Made by a program: the position numbers and the translations under genes
Notes under the pieces: model-generated
What the model was told of the DNA's origin: nothing
What the model saw: the letters and a program-made list of their open reading frames with translations, nothing else
The model's database searches: none
Origin: Lophium mytilinum
Taxonomy: Eukaryota
Assembly: GCA_010093605.1 (NCBI GenBank)
Contig: MU004189.1
Location: 1,743,834-1,807,833, forward strand
Direction: 5' to 3'
DNA: 64,000 nt
In this document: piece after piece, positions 52,480-63,395 of the stretch
Layout: every line of letters starts with the position of its first letter
Position numbering within the stretch: position 1 is the first letter of the stretch

Positions 52480-55151
52480 GTTGATGGTGTACCTCCAGTG
52501 GGAGCTTTCTTTGTGGGTGAGGGGTAGCGGTCAGCTATTAAGTAACTGTGCCTGAGCCGGAAGGCGGCGGAGACACTACAGGGAGAGCTTGCTAGAAAGA
52601 CTAGGAAGCTACGACAAGCTGTCAAATGATGAGTGGTGAATGAAGAGTTAGCAGCGTGGGTGCGGGCAGCCTTTTATTTGGTTGCTGAGCCGCGGGCTGG
52701 AGCTGGGAGTTAGATACCCGGTCTTACGATGTCAATACCTCGTAGACTCGGCGCGATGCGACTCTTGCGAACGAAGGACGCGCTGCTACTGCGGCTTCGC
52801 CGTGGGCCGCAATCAGGTGAGGGCAATGCGCCACGCTGGACAGGGCTCCGGAGGTTAGCAGCACGGTAAAGATGCCTAGGTGGGGTGATGTTGCTGCACG
52901 AGAAGCTCTGGGTGTTTCTCTTTGCTGCAGATGGTCGCGGTCGCGACGCGATCTCCGTTGATTTTTTTGGTGGAATGATATGACCTCATTGTTCTTTGAC
53001 AGCGAGGTACGGCGTACGACATGAGAACCATCCTGCGCTACGCCGCTTTGGAATATCAAAATGCAACAACACTGACAAACACCGACGGATCTAGGGACAA
53101 CTGCCATTCACTACAATAGGCTCACAACCTCAATGGCAGAGAGCTTGAAGAGAGCGTCCTGACCAGCTGAGTATTGCATGGTTTCAACTGCCTTTGGGCG
53201 CCCGGTAGCGTTGAATATACTTTCTTTACCATACACAGCTTCAGAACATCAATCTATCGATTGCAAAAGCACGAAGTTATATCTATTCCAACACCTTTTT
53301 CCAAGTCTACAGCTTCAGTAAAGAGATTATCATTAGGAAAATTCCGTTTGTTGCTATTTTGGTCAGTGTTTCTCCAGTGTGCCGACACCGAAAAGCCCCT
53401 ACCACCCCCACACCACGCCTAGAGTATGCCGTATTGTTTTAATAGCTGCAACCATCATGCCACCTCAGGCCTGTCTTCGCCGCCGCACCTGTGTGGAGCG
53501 CTCCACTCCGCCCGGATGTTAAGATAGCGGCTCGCTCTCTCGAATCAGTTATGCTGTCCTTCTTACCCGACTTCGATGCTACGTACTCCCGCCTACTCTA
53601 CGCGTCTCTTGATCGTCGCGAGGGCTTCAGAATTTTCTTCTCGACCACGCTGCACTGCCGTCAATCGACTTTCACAGACCATGGCCTACAAGCTGTGACG
53701 ACCAAGTCCTAGTGCATCACTGCACATGATGGGGTTACGAGAGGATCAGTCAACCAGAGCTTCCAATTACAAGGATCACGGAGCACTTCCGACTTCCAGA
53801 CCATCGAGATCGCGATTGCGATTGTCGCCCGCCGATTCCAATTTGAGACCGGACCCGTTTTCCATAATTCAGGCTGACTGCAGGCTCGGCTCTGGCTCTT
53901 GGCTCCTGATGTCGCAAACCTAAAGTTTCAGTGATTCACAAGTTGTGGGATCAGTGGAAAAGGCGCAGTCGTGGTCCTTGCCGGGCCGCGTTCCAGGCGG
54001 CATTCGCCATGAACACGAGACCTACGAAATGCATCATGATACTTCCACGTCCGGTAATGCATCCTACAAGCACTCCTTGCCGGTCGGCTCGTAAAAGGGG
54101 CCTCGTCCGACGTGCTCGTTGACGTGTAGACCTCGTCTCTCAAGCTGAGCGCGTTGCGGGCAACGCTCATCTGCAGTTCCATTCTGTCACTTGAACGAAG
54201 AGCTTCGAAGTCGGCGCACTTCAGAGCTCTCACCCATACAAATCGGACACAGTACGGCGCCCATAGAGATGGCTTTATCAAACATCTTCCTAAGTGTCTT
54301 AACTTTACCTAATCAGTCAGCACGGTGGGCGGAGAGAATGGCAAGTGCCGACTCGGCGCGCGTCGTCCCATCCATCGCGGTGTAGACCTCCGCGTTATGA
54401 CAGATTGAGTCTCTCAACAAATCAATCTCTTTAAGAACGCGGTCCTACCATCTGATGTGGCCTGGAGAGCTACTAGGCGGCTTGCCAAAGCTGGCATTTC
54501 ATGAGTAGCAATAGCATATTGGAGGACCTTAACAGTGCTAAATATGCATGGAAGCAGTAGGTAATAACCTAGAGATTTGTGGACTGCTAATTTCTACTTC
54601 CACTCAACTATCCCGCTATTTTGTACCCGGTATGTAGTATGTACACCGGTCTGCCACTGTATGGAGTACTTCAGCAAGTTTCCATATAGCCCAAAACTAT
54701 GAGTTTCAATCCCATTTACTGTTTAAATAATGCACCACAAACAGCGGCGAACAGGTGCATGTATTAAAGGCAGAATGCTTGCTGGGCGTGCCACTTCTTT
54801 CATGCCCTGCGAGGCGGTGAAGGAGCCGCCGCCCCACTTGCCGCCCGACTCATAACATCACCACCAACCTCAGCTGCATCCTCGCCACAACACCAAACTG
54901 TCGCTGTCGCCTTGCCGTGCCGTGCTAACACAATTTTTCGAGCGTTCTAGCAATTCATAGTAGCATTCCTTACTGATCATTCCCAAGCCAGAGTTATCTT
55001 CGACCATGCGCCTGCGCTTGAAACACACAATCGACGATAAATACAGTACGTTTCCCCGTTCAATCCGCGAAATGCCGTCTACTAATCCGACCGACAGCCC
55101 TCGCATAGCACTGCGAGAACTCTCCAAACCGACACGAAGAACAACAACACC

Positions 55152-56804
55152 ATGCCGTCGAGAGCGGAGGAAACCACCTGGGACTTCGGACCCGCTCTGG
55201 CCCTTGTCGATGGAGCGGAATATGGAGATCCAGGCGACGGCGATGAAGAGGAGGAGGCTATCGAAGTTAAGAGGGGGACATTGGGAGACTTTGACAACCT
55301 GTTCGAGCTTCTTGGTGACTCAAGCCTTCCTCCGACAGAGTCGCCACACACGTCCAACGAGGGATATATAACTGCGGTAGAAGACATCGGATTGCCGCAA
55401 TTGTTGACTGATTCAGCTTCGGATCAGTCAGACCTTGAATCGACAGAACTACTAGCCGTCTATACTGAGAGGCTAGCATTTGCTACTAAGAGTTTCGAAG
55501 CCTTTGCAGGGAAGTCGAGCGCCTTTGGGGGCCTCTCAACGCGCGGTCCGATTCAAGAGTCTCCTCAAAAAACCAAGTGGCAGCGAAAGAAAGCTAGACG
55601 GGCGGAACAAAAGGCCCTCTTGAAAGCTAGCGCGGCTACGACCCTACTCGATCCGAAAACGCCAGAGAGCCCCAGGCGCAGGCGACTGCAGGTGGAACCT
55701 CCCCGGACTCCCGTTGCGCCACTCGATTACCTCCCAGTTCCGAAATCTGCGCCTCCGAAGCCCTCTGTTCCCTTATATCCTTCAGCCATTCAAGCCCCCA
55801 AGAAGAAGGCCAATACCCAAGCCCTTATTTCCGATCTCCATGGACACCAGTCGCTTGGATCAACTGGATTGTTGCAAATAGAGCAGCGTCCCCAAGCTAT
55901 CGATTCGTTTCAGCAAGAGACTTCAACACACGTTGACAGACCTGGTCCAATCCTCCATTCTGCCTTCCTTGCAGCACATGGCTTCAAGTTCGGAATCGAT
56001 CGCCACATCCTCCTTGCATCTAAACTTCGAGACCGCTTTTATCAAGATCGGGATTGGCTCGATGCTGCAATGCAGTTCAATGTGCCTAGGGATGGTATCC
56101 ATGTCTTTGTGGATGCTTCGAATATCGTCATTGGCTTCTACAATGAGCTCAAGCGCCTACTCGGCTATCCTAATGGCCTCCGTAACGAGGAAATCCACGT
56201 CGCCTTCGATTGTCTAGCATTATTGATGGAACGACGGCGGCCGGTTTCGAAGCGGGTATTGGTCGGCAGCAAACCAGAACTGCTTGCCTTTGACATCGCT
56301 CGGAAGATCGGCTACGAGACCCACATTCTTGACAAGGTCCTGAAAATCCGAGAACTCACGGAGAAGCAGAAGTACTTCAAGCAGCGCGAGCTCGACACCA
56401 AAACCCGGCGTCGCCCCATTGCATATGGCATCAGCCACGACGGACCCTTCGAAGCATTCGCGGAGCCGAAAGCATCGCAGCTTCCCCAGCAGGAGCAGAA
56501 GTGGGTAGAACAAGGCGTGGACGAGCTCCTGCATCTGAAAATGATGCAGAGCCTGCTCGATGCCTCAGACGAACCCGGCACTATTGTTCTGGCGACCGGA
56601 GATGCTGCTGAGGCGGAGTACTCGGACGGCTTCAAGGAGAACGTTGAACGGGCGCTAAGGAAGGGCTGGAAGGTGGAGTTGTACAGTTGGGCCAAGAATA
56701 TTAGCAACGAGTATCGGAAGCCGTCGTTCACGAAACAGTGGAAGTTCGGCCAATTCCAGATCTTTGAGCTGGATGAGTTCGCACGAGAGCTGCTCGATTG
56801 CTGA
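55152..56804 (+). CDS. NYN/PIN-like (LabA-type) putative ribonuclease with long low-complexity N-terminus
   Basis: C-terminal domain has the acidic catalytic pattern IHVFVDASNI...EQGVDELL...IVLATGDAAEAEYSDGF...ALRKGWKVELYSW typical of NYN/PIN_LabA proteins. Intronless 550-aa ORF. Confidence 0.82.
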   Translation: MPSRAEETTWDFGPALALVDGAEYGDPGDGDEEEEAIEVKRGTLGDFDNLFELLGDSSLPPTESPHTSNEGYITAVEDIGLPQLLTDSASDQSDLESTELLAVYTERLAFATKSFEAFAGKSSAFGGLSTRGPIQESPQKTKWQRKKARRAEQKALLKASAATTLLDPKTPESPRRRRLQVEPPRTPVAPLDYLPVPKSAPPKPSVPLYPSAIQAPKKKANTQALISDLHGHQSLGSTGLLQIEQRPQAIDSFQQETSTHVDRPGPILHSAFLAAHGFKFGIDRHILLASKLRDRFYQDRDWLDAAMQFNVPRDGIHVFVDASNIVIGFYNELKRLLGYPNGLRNEEIHVAFDCLALLMERRRPVSKRVLVGSKPELLAFDIARKIGYETHILDKVLKIRELTEKQKYFKQRELDTKTRRRPIAYGISHDGPFEAFAEPKASQLPQQEQKWVEQGVDELLHLKMMQSLLDASDEPGTIVLATGDAAEAEYSDGFKENVERALRKGWKVELYSWAKNISNEYRKPSFTKQWKFGQFQIFELDEFARELLDC

Positions 56805-56813
56805 GTGGGGGTG

Positions 56814-56972
56814 TGGGCGGAGGTACGGTGCGTGGTTGCTTATGTAGCTTTTAGAGGCCGAAAGGTCTCTGGATAGCGTAGCTACCTTGGATTGGGCGGA
56901 GGTACTGTGCGTGGTTGCTTATGTAGCTTTTAGAGGCCGAAAGGTCTTTGGATAAGCATAGCTAGCTTGGAT
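56814..56972 (+). repeat. 79-bp tandem duplication, each copy with a GAAA-tetraloop hairpin
   Basis: Copies start at 56814 and 56893. Hairpins TTTAGAGGCC-GAAA-GGTCT(C/T)TGGA at 56850-56873 and 56929-56952. Confidence 0.9.
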
Positions 56973-57056
56973 CGTGTTGGTTGGTAACACTGCCTTTTAC
57001 GGTCTTATGTAGCGAAAGCGTCACAGTAATTCAGTTGAGTTTAATGTCTGATTAGT

Positions 57057-60010
57057 GATGACCTCCATATACCGCCGTTTGGGGTACCCCAGCGAATTAA
57101 CTGACTGGTCAAAAAGATGATATTCTGTCTCGTTTGGAGGCACGAAAGTATGTTGAGGTGCTTCAGACGGCGGTGAAGATTGTACCTATTGTGGTCTCGA
57201 GCGATGTAATATGGCTGGTGCTGCATATAGCACTTGCGAGAGGTCAATTTCTGGCCTTAAGAGCCTTGTGATGACCTCCAGATACCGCCGTCTGAGGTGG
57301 CTCAACGGGTTTACTGACTGGTGACAAATATGGTTTTCTAGTGGGCGAAAGTATGTCAAGGCGCTTCAGACGGCGTTGAAGAGGTGTAGCTATTGCGTAT
57401 TACGAGGTGTTAATTTTGCGTGTTACGGTCTTATATAGCCAAAGCGTCATAGCATAGCCTATAAAACTCTAGAAACCTTCAATCAAGTTAGAGTTTTGCT
57501 TCGTAATGACGTCCATATACCACCGTTTGAGGTGCCCTGGCGAGTTGAATGGCTGGTGAGAAAGGTGGTTTTCTAGTGCGCGAAAGTATGTTAATCCGCT
57601 TCAGACGGCGGCGAAGAGGTGTAGCAATGCGTGTTACGATATTACAGTTTTGTATAGAGAAACTATCACAGCACTTCAATTGAACACAATATTTGCCCGG
57701 TGGTGACCTCCAGAGACCGCCGTCTAAGGTACCCCAGTAAGCGGGTTGCCGGCCAGCTAAAAGGTAGTCTAATATCTACTGCATAAAAAAAGGCATAGAT
57801 GGACAAATGTCTAGCCGCTTTGGCTTTATTCTTGCTTAATTGATACCACCGTAAGAGGTACCCCAATAAGTAGGTTGTCGGTTAGCTAAAAGGTAATCTA
57901 ATATCAACTGCATGGAACTCAGGATAAGAGGACGAACATCCAGCTGCTTCGGCTTTATTCTTGCTTAATTGATACCACCGTCAGAGGTGGCTTAGTGAGT
58001 TACTAGTTTTTTGAAGACATGGGTTTCTATCCCGTTTAGAGGTGCGAAAGTACGTTGAGGCTCGTCAGACCGTAGTGAAGAGGTGGAACTATGACCCGTA
58101 CGGCACGATGAAATACACACTCTGATCAAACTTCTACCTTTTAATGCCTTATCATTATCGCAGACACCGCCATCTAAGGGGCCCTAGCGAGTTTACTAAC
58201 TGTTCAAGAAGATAGCTTTCTATCCTACTTGGATGCGTGAAAATAGATCAGGGCACCTCAGACGGCGTTCAAGAGGTGTAGAGAGCTAACGCGTATCCTG
58301 TAACATTTGAAACCTTACAGATCTACTGAAGTATGTTGGTTATATTTCTTCTTTATTGTACTCCTGTAGTCCCTCTCAATGACCGCACATACCGCCGTCT
58401 GAGGTGCCCTAGCTCGTTTTAACGGTGAGCATGCAACTGCCTTCGGGCGAAAATCCATCGACGTTGTCCGAGTCGTTGACGAAGAGGATATGGCAGAGCC
58501 GACCATCTACAGGTTCGTCCTCGGCAAAGCTGCACCGCCACCACCGCCGCCAAGAAGCAAGCTGTCCGTGGCAAAGAGAAGAAGATAAGAAAGATGATCC
58601 CTCGCCCGTGTGGTGGACGACGGCTCGGTATTGAAACATAAATACTGAGCTTCGAGGAATAAGCCCGTTTGCGAATGTGGAGCTACTTATCTACTCCCGT
58701 TAATCGCAGGGGTTCGGCGGAGTCTTCCTCAAAAAAATGTTGTTCTATCACGTTTGGATTTGTGAAAGTAGATTGAGGTATCTTAGATGGTGGTAGACTA
58801 GGGATTACACGCTGTCGCGCGACCCTATAGCTTCGGCATTGCCTGTTTGACGCCGCCGTCAGGGGCGCCCTACCTATTAGTACTTTAGCTTGTCAAAAAA
58901 TAGCCGAATATCCACCTCATTAATACCTACATGCTTCGGGGAGGTGGTTATTACATTCATAGGCCTAGGGACAAGATATTACCCTAATTTAGCTTCAGTC
59001 TTGCTTATTCGACGCCACCGTTAGGAGCGCCTTAGCTAGTAGGTTTCTAGATATTCAAGGGATAGCTCGATCTTCACGTTATTAGCACGTACATGACTAA
59101 AGGAGGTGATTATCATGTCCCTAGGCATACGGGGGGGACATTACCCTGCCTTTACCTTTAGTCTTGCTTCTTCGATACTGCTGTAAGGGGTGGCCTAGCT
59201 AGTTAGTTCCTAACTAGTCAGGTAACAGTATAATAACCACTGCTAGACCATATACATGCTTTGAGGAGGCGAGTGTTACAACTCTAGACATACGCATGGG
59301 ATATTGCCCTGATTTAGCTTTGTTTGCTAGAACTACATCGCTGTGTTCTGCGTTAGAGGTATCTTAAAGGGCAGGTCCTTGGACTCTGATATTGGAACTC
59401 TGACAATCGGTTTGAGGGCAAGAGGATAGCGCCGTTTGGGGTGGCTCAGCCAGCACAATGATAATACCTTACCGTCTTTTGGCACCTACGAAAGCGTATT
59501 TAGGCGCTTCAGACGGTGATAGAGTGGTGTACACAAGGCCAGCAAGGAGAGTTTTTACTGTGAATTTACCTTGCGAGTTGAAGTGCAATGCCTCATTCTA
59601 GAGCTTTGATACAGCATTAACGATCTAACAACCTCGCCGCATAGACTTACGAGCACCGACAGTGCCGTCTGAGGTGCTTCAGCGAGATTATGGTCTATTC
59701 AGAATAACGGACGTTTGACCTTTTGATGATTTCCGAAATGGCATTGTGGGACTTCAGACCGGGTCAGGCGTGTTTACATAAACCTAGTGACGAGACATAA
59801 TACTATGAATCTACCGCTATGATGTGAAGTGCAATGTCTCACTCCAGGTCTTCGGATCGGGCAAGGCTCCGAGTTTGACGAGTGGATCTACGTACACAAA
59901 AACAGCGCCGTCTCAGTGCTTCGACGAATTTGCTCCAGGTTACAGATCATGAGATTCCTTTTCTAAATGAATCTGTGAGAGTGTCCTGAGGTACTTGGGA
60001 CGACAATAGA
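57057..60010. repeat. degenerate tandem array of a ~22-bp motif, mostly as inverted pairs spanning ~94 or ~104 bp
   Basis: Forward motif (ATACCGCCGTCTGAGGTGCCCT-like) at 57069, 57282, 57517, 57714, 57843, 57972, 58164, 58389, 58850, 59012, 59175, 59426, 59659 and 59902. Inverted motif (GAGGTGCTTCAGACGGCGGT-like) ending at 57174, 57377, 57612, 58076, 58269, 58794, 59520, 59765 and 60007. Confidence 0.88.
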
Positions 60011-61860
60011 AAAGTGTATACCTACAAATCTTCTACAGTGTACATAAATAAGGCCCCCGACCAATTACTATTAAAACCCACTACTCCCCCAACCAAGGCC
60101 AGACCTACCGTTTATTAATAAAATTTTCGCCCATCCCCATCCCGCGATGTTCATCCGAAGTTTCACCCTGCCAACGGGGGAGGTACAGACCAAATACAAA
60201 TCCTTCAAACTTTCCACAGCGGGAGGGAGGTTGGGCGCTGGTTGCCCTGCCAGGCCAGCCCTACCATGTGGCGTCATCCAGGGGCAGTCGGAGGCGAGGT
60301 TGCTCAAACCACCGCCAGCCCCGTGTGCTGGGAGAGTTCGGTACGGCGCGAGGTGAAACGCGAAAACGGCAGAACGGGGTGCTGGGATGCCTGTTCGTGT
60401 TCGCGTTGGAGATGTGGCGCGGCTGTTGGTTGATGCGCAGACTGCAACTGCGCCTTGGGGGGTTGCGTGTGGTGTCCGAGGCTGAAACAGGCAAGGCAGA
60501 GTTGGGGATTCTACATGAGTTCAGGACGGGCGGGAGCTGAAGTGAGTTGAATTGGAGGAATTTTCTTCCTGGCGCGAGTCTGGTCTGGGGAGGCTGGTGG
60601 AGTTGGGATTAGTAAAATTGCAGTCGGAGGGTCCACGGGCAGCGGCTTCGGCGATTGCTAGGCTCCGGGCATGCAGGCGGCCTCGGGAGGATTGATCAGC
60701 GAGGTGCCGCCTTTGCATGCCATGGCGATTGTGGATTTCTGTATTGTTATCTCGTTCAGGCGATGGGGCGTGAAGGCGGCGCGGGGTTGTCGCCAGAGAC
60801 GGGTCTGGGAGGGTGTGGGAGGCGCGGGGACAAGGCGAGGTGTCCTGCAGGAAAACGGGTTTCAGCACAGTCGGAGATGCTGTGCAGCTGTCACGTTTTC
60901 TGCGAGCCAGTGCGCGCCGTTGTGGCAGCGGCAAGGCTGCATCTTGGGTCAGGGTGCCAGCGGCGTTTGCTTGGTGGTGAAAAACTGGAGAGCGTCCATG
61001 ACTGCACACTTTGTAGTTTTTGCGCGCTACCATATGTGGGCTGACATCATGGACAAGACTAAGCACTATGCAGCAGCGAAATGAGGCCGTGGAGCGCGAG
61101 GACAAGAAAAGGCGAGGCACATTTATAGACGACATTTATAGAAGAGGGCGGCTCCATGATGCTGACGGCGGGGTGTTGGAGATGGACTGCTGGATGGCCA
61201 GACACCGGCCCATGTCGCTCGGCGGTGCACACCTATCGCAGGCGGAGCTTGTGAAGATGCAGAAGACGGCATGCCGTTCAGGCATCACGCGACCTGGTGC
61301 TTCTCGTTATCATCATCATGGCACCATGGCGTTGTCGTTGCGCACACTGCGGCTCTGGGATAATCGAGTCCATCACGCCTGCCCGACCACCGCTTGACCC
61401 GCCGTGCAACATGGAGCGTGGAGCTTCCAGGGCCTCCTTTCCACAGTTGGTGCGTCTGTCAGCTTGCAGTCGAGCATCATCTCGCATTTCGGGGCGCAAA
61501 CGAGATTTGCGGCGCGCTGATTCGACGGGCGCGGGCCACAAGCGTGGCACCAGCAAGGCTGCTCTCGGGCTGGCTCTCGGGCCCGGGCTTGGTAAATTGC
61601 ACGCCTCAGCCATCCGACCCTCCCGGCCCAGCAGACACCCAGCTTCATAATCCGCCGCTGTCCGCCGCCCACGCTGCTTCAACTTCTCACGATCCCCAGA
61701 CGAGCTGGCCCCAGACTGTCTCCGCCCTCAGCCGACTTCCAGAAGCCCAGCAGACTCGCGGTTGCCGCCCAGAGCCGATCCCGCGCCGCTCTCCTCCGCC
61801 GCCCATTGTTCAGACCGTCCCCGGATCACTTTTCGCTGAGGAGCTTGGGAGTCGCCTGCG

Positions 61861-63395
61861 ATGGCCAAGTCGTCCATATTCGCCTTCCTCGACACGCCTG
61901 CGCCCCAGATGCTGTCGAGCACGAAGCTGCCGGCCCTGGGTGCCTTCATCCCCCACCGCATGCGCCGGAAATGGAGGGCCACCAAGTCGCGGATACGGAG
62001 CCGCCAGTCGCCCACCTCCTCCATCAGCTCGCTCGAGACCTCTTTCAACCCCAAGGACACACTCCGCTCGCTGCGGTCACATCGGTGGTCCATCTATGAC
62101 GCCCAGTACCTCTTCCTGGCCCTCATCGCCATATTCGCCCTCTCCGTCATGGAGACCCCTGGCCCGTTTGCAAAGACTTTCACCGCAGCCCTGCTAATGG
62201 CCGGAGCCCTGATGCCAATAACCCGCCAGTTCCTGCTACCATTTCTGCCTGCCCTGACGTGGCTGCTGTTCTTCGCCTGCTGCAAGTGAGTTTCCCTCTT
62301 TTTCGTACTGCGCCACACCAACTTTTGGGGGCGATTTTGAAAGTGTCACGGATCTGCGACGATACGCGGCCGCACAGCCCACGGCGAACTGCACACCAGA
62401 AATGAACCTGGCGCAGCTGGCTAACATTTATGAACAGATTCATCTCAGCCGACTACAGACCTCCAATCTGGGTCCGCGTCCTCCCAGCCCTCGAGAACAT
62501 CCTCTACGGCGCCAACCTCAGCAACATACTCTCCGCCCACAAGAGTGTAGTGCTGGACATTTTGGCGTGGCTTCCATACGGGATTGCTCATTACGGCTCC
62601 CCGGTGGTTGTCTGCGGCGCTCTCTTTATCTGGGGACCCCCGGGAACCATGCCCACGTTCGCCAGAGCGTTCGGTTACATGAACATCGCCGGTGTGATGA
62701 TTCAGCTGGTTTTCCCCTGCTCGCCGCCATGGTACGAGAACATGTACGGCCTTGCTCCCGCAAACTACTCCATGTCTGGCGATGCTGCCGGGTTGAAGGC
62801 CATTGACAAGCTTTTTGGGATTGATCTGTACACCTCGGGTTTCCATGCGTCGCCTATGGTGTTCGGAGCTTTCCCTTCGCTGCATTCCGGCTGGGCAACA
62901 CTGGAGACTCTGTTTATGGGTCACGTTTTCCCTCGAATGCTGCCAATCTACATTTGCTACACTATGTGGCTGTGGTGGGCAACTATGTATTTGTCTCATC
63001 ACTATGCCGTCGATTTAGTGGCAGGCAGTCTACGTAAGTTTTTGCACCCCAAATTCGATACTCACAAGCTAATTAATTCAGTCGCTGGAATTGCATTTTT
63101 CTTCGCCCGTGCCAAATTCCTTCCCCGCGTACAAATGGACAAGACTTTCCGCTGGGATTACGACTACGTCGAGATCGGGGAGCCAGCGGACGACTTCTCC
63201 CACGGCATGTTCGACATCTACGAGGAATTCCACCCCCAATCAGACAGTGATGAATGGACAGTCGGGTCTTCGTCGTCTTACTCGTCTGGTGGCAGGAGTC
63301 CTTCAACCGGTTCTAGGAGTCCAATCGACGAACACCACTCTCTATGGGAAGGAGATACGCTCGCCTCACACTCCGACCACGAGCAAGTCCGGTAG
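61861..63395 (+). CDS. AUR1: inositol phosphorylceramide synthase (aureobasidin A resistance protein)
   Basis: RPPIWVRVLPALENILYGANLSNILS, LPYGIAHY, PPWYENMYG, FGAFPSLHSG and MYLSHHYAVDL. Introns ~62286-62437 and ~63034-63081. Confidence 0.96.

Noticed and set aside
53490..54400. Short ORFs between phosphoketolase and the NYN gene
   Set aside because: No recognisable domain or consistent exon chain. An eroded gene cannot be excluded.
56845..56955. Hammerhead ribozyme suggested by GGCC-GAAA-GGTC
   Set aside because: The required CUGANGA core before the stem and GAAA core after it are absent.
57162..57609. TTCAGACGGC in three right arms equals the reverse complement of the Neisseria DNA uptake sequence GCCGTCTGAA
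   Set aside because: Flanking genes are fungal, other copies deviate from the DUS, and the arms are ~100 bp apart rather than forming terminator-like DUS pairs. Treated as coincidence.
57057..60010. CRISPR array interpretation
   Set aside because: Eukaryotic context with no cas genes. Repeats are degenerate, spacing is variable (129-251 bp) and linkers are related to each other (e.g. TTACGGTCTTAT.TAGC.AAAGCGTCA at ~56997 and ~57423; TGAAGTGCAATG.CTCA at ~59579 and ~59825). This points to tandem duplication rather than unique spacers.
60071..61860. Multiple overlapping GC-rich ORFs upstream of AUR1
   Set aside because: Arg/Pro/Ala-rich translations typical of non-coding GC-rich promoter or 5' UTR DNA. 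No family motifs.
3783..63395. ISC1, inositol monophosphatase and AUR1 as an inositol-sphingolipid cluster; GND1 and phosphoketolase as a pentose-phosphate cluster
   Set aside because: The genes are 25-57 kb apart with many unrelated genes between them. No evidence of clustering.
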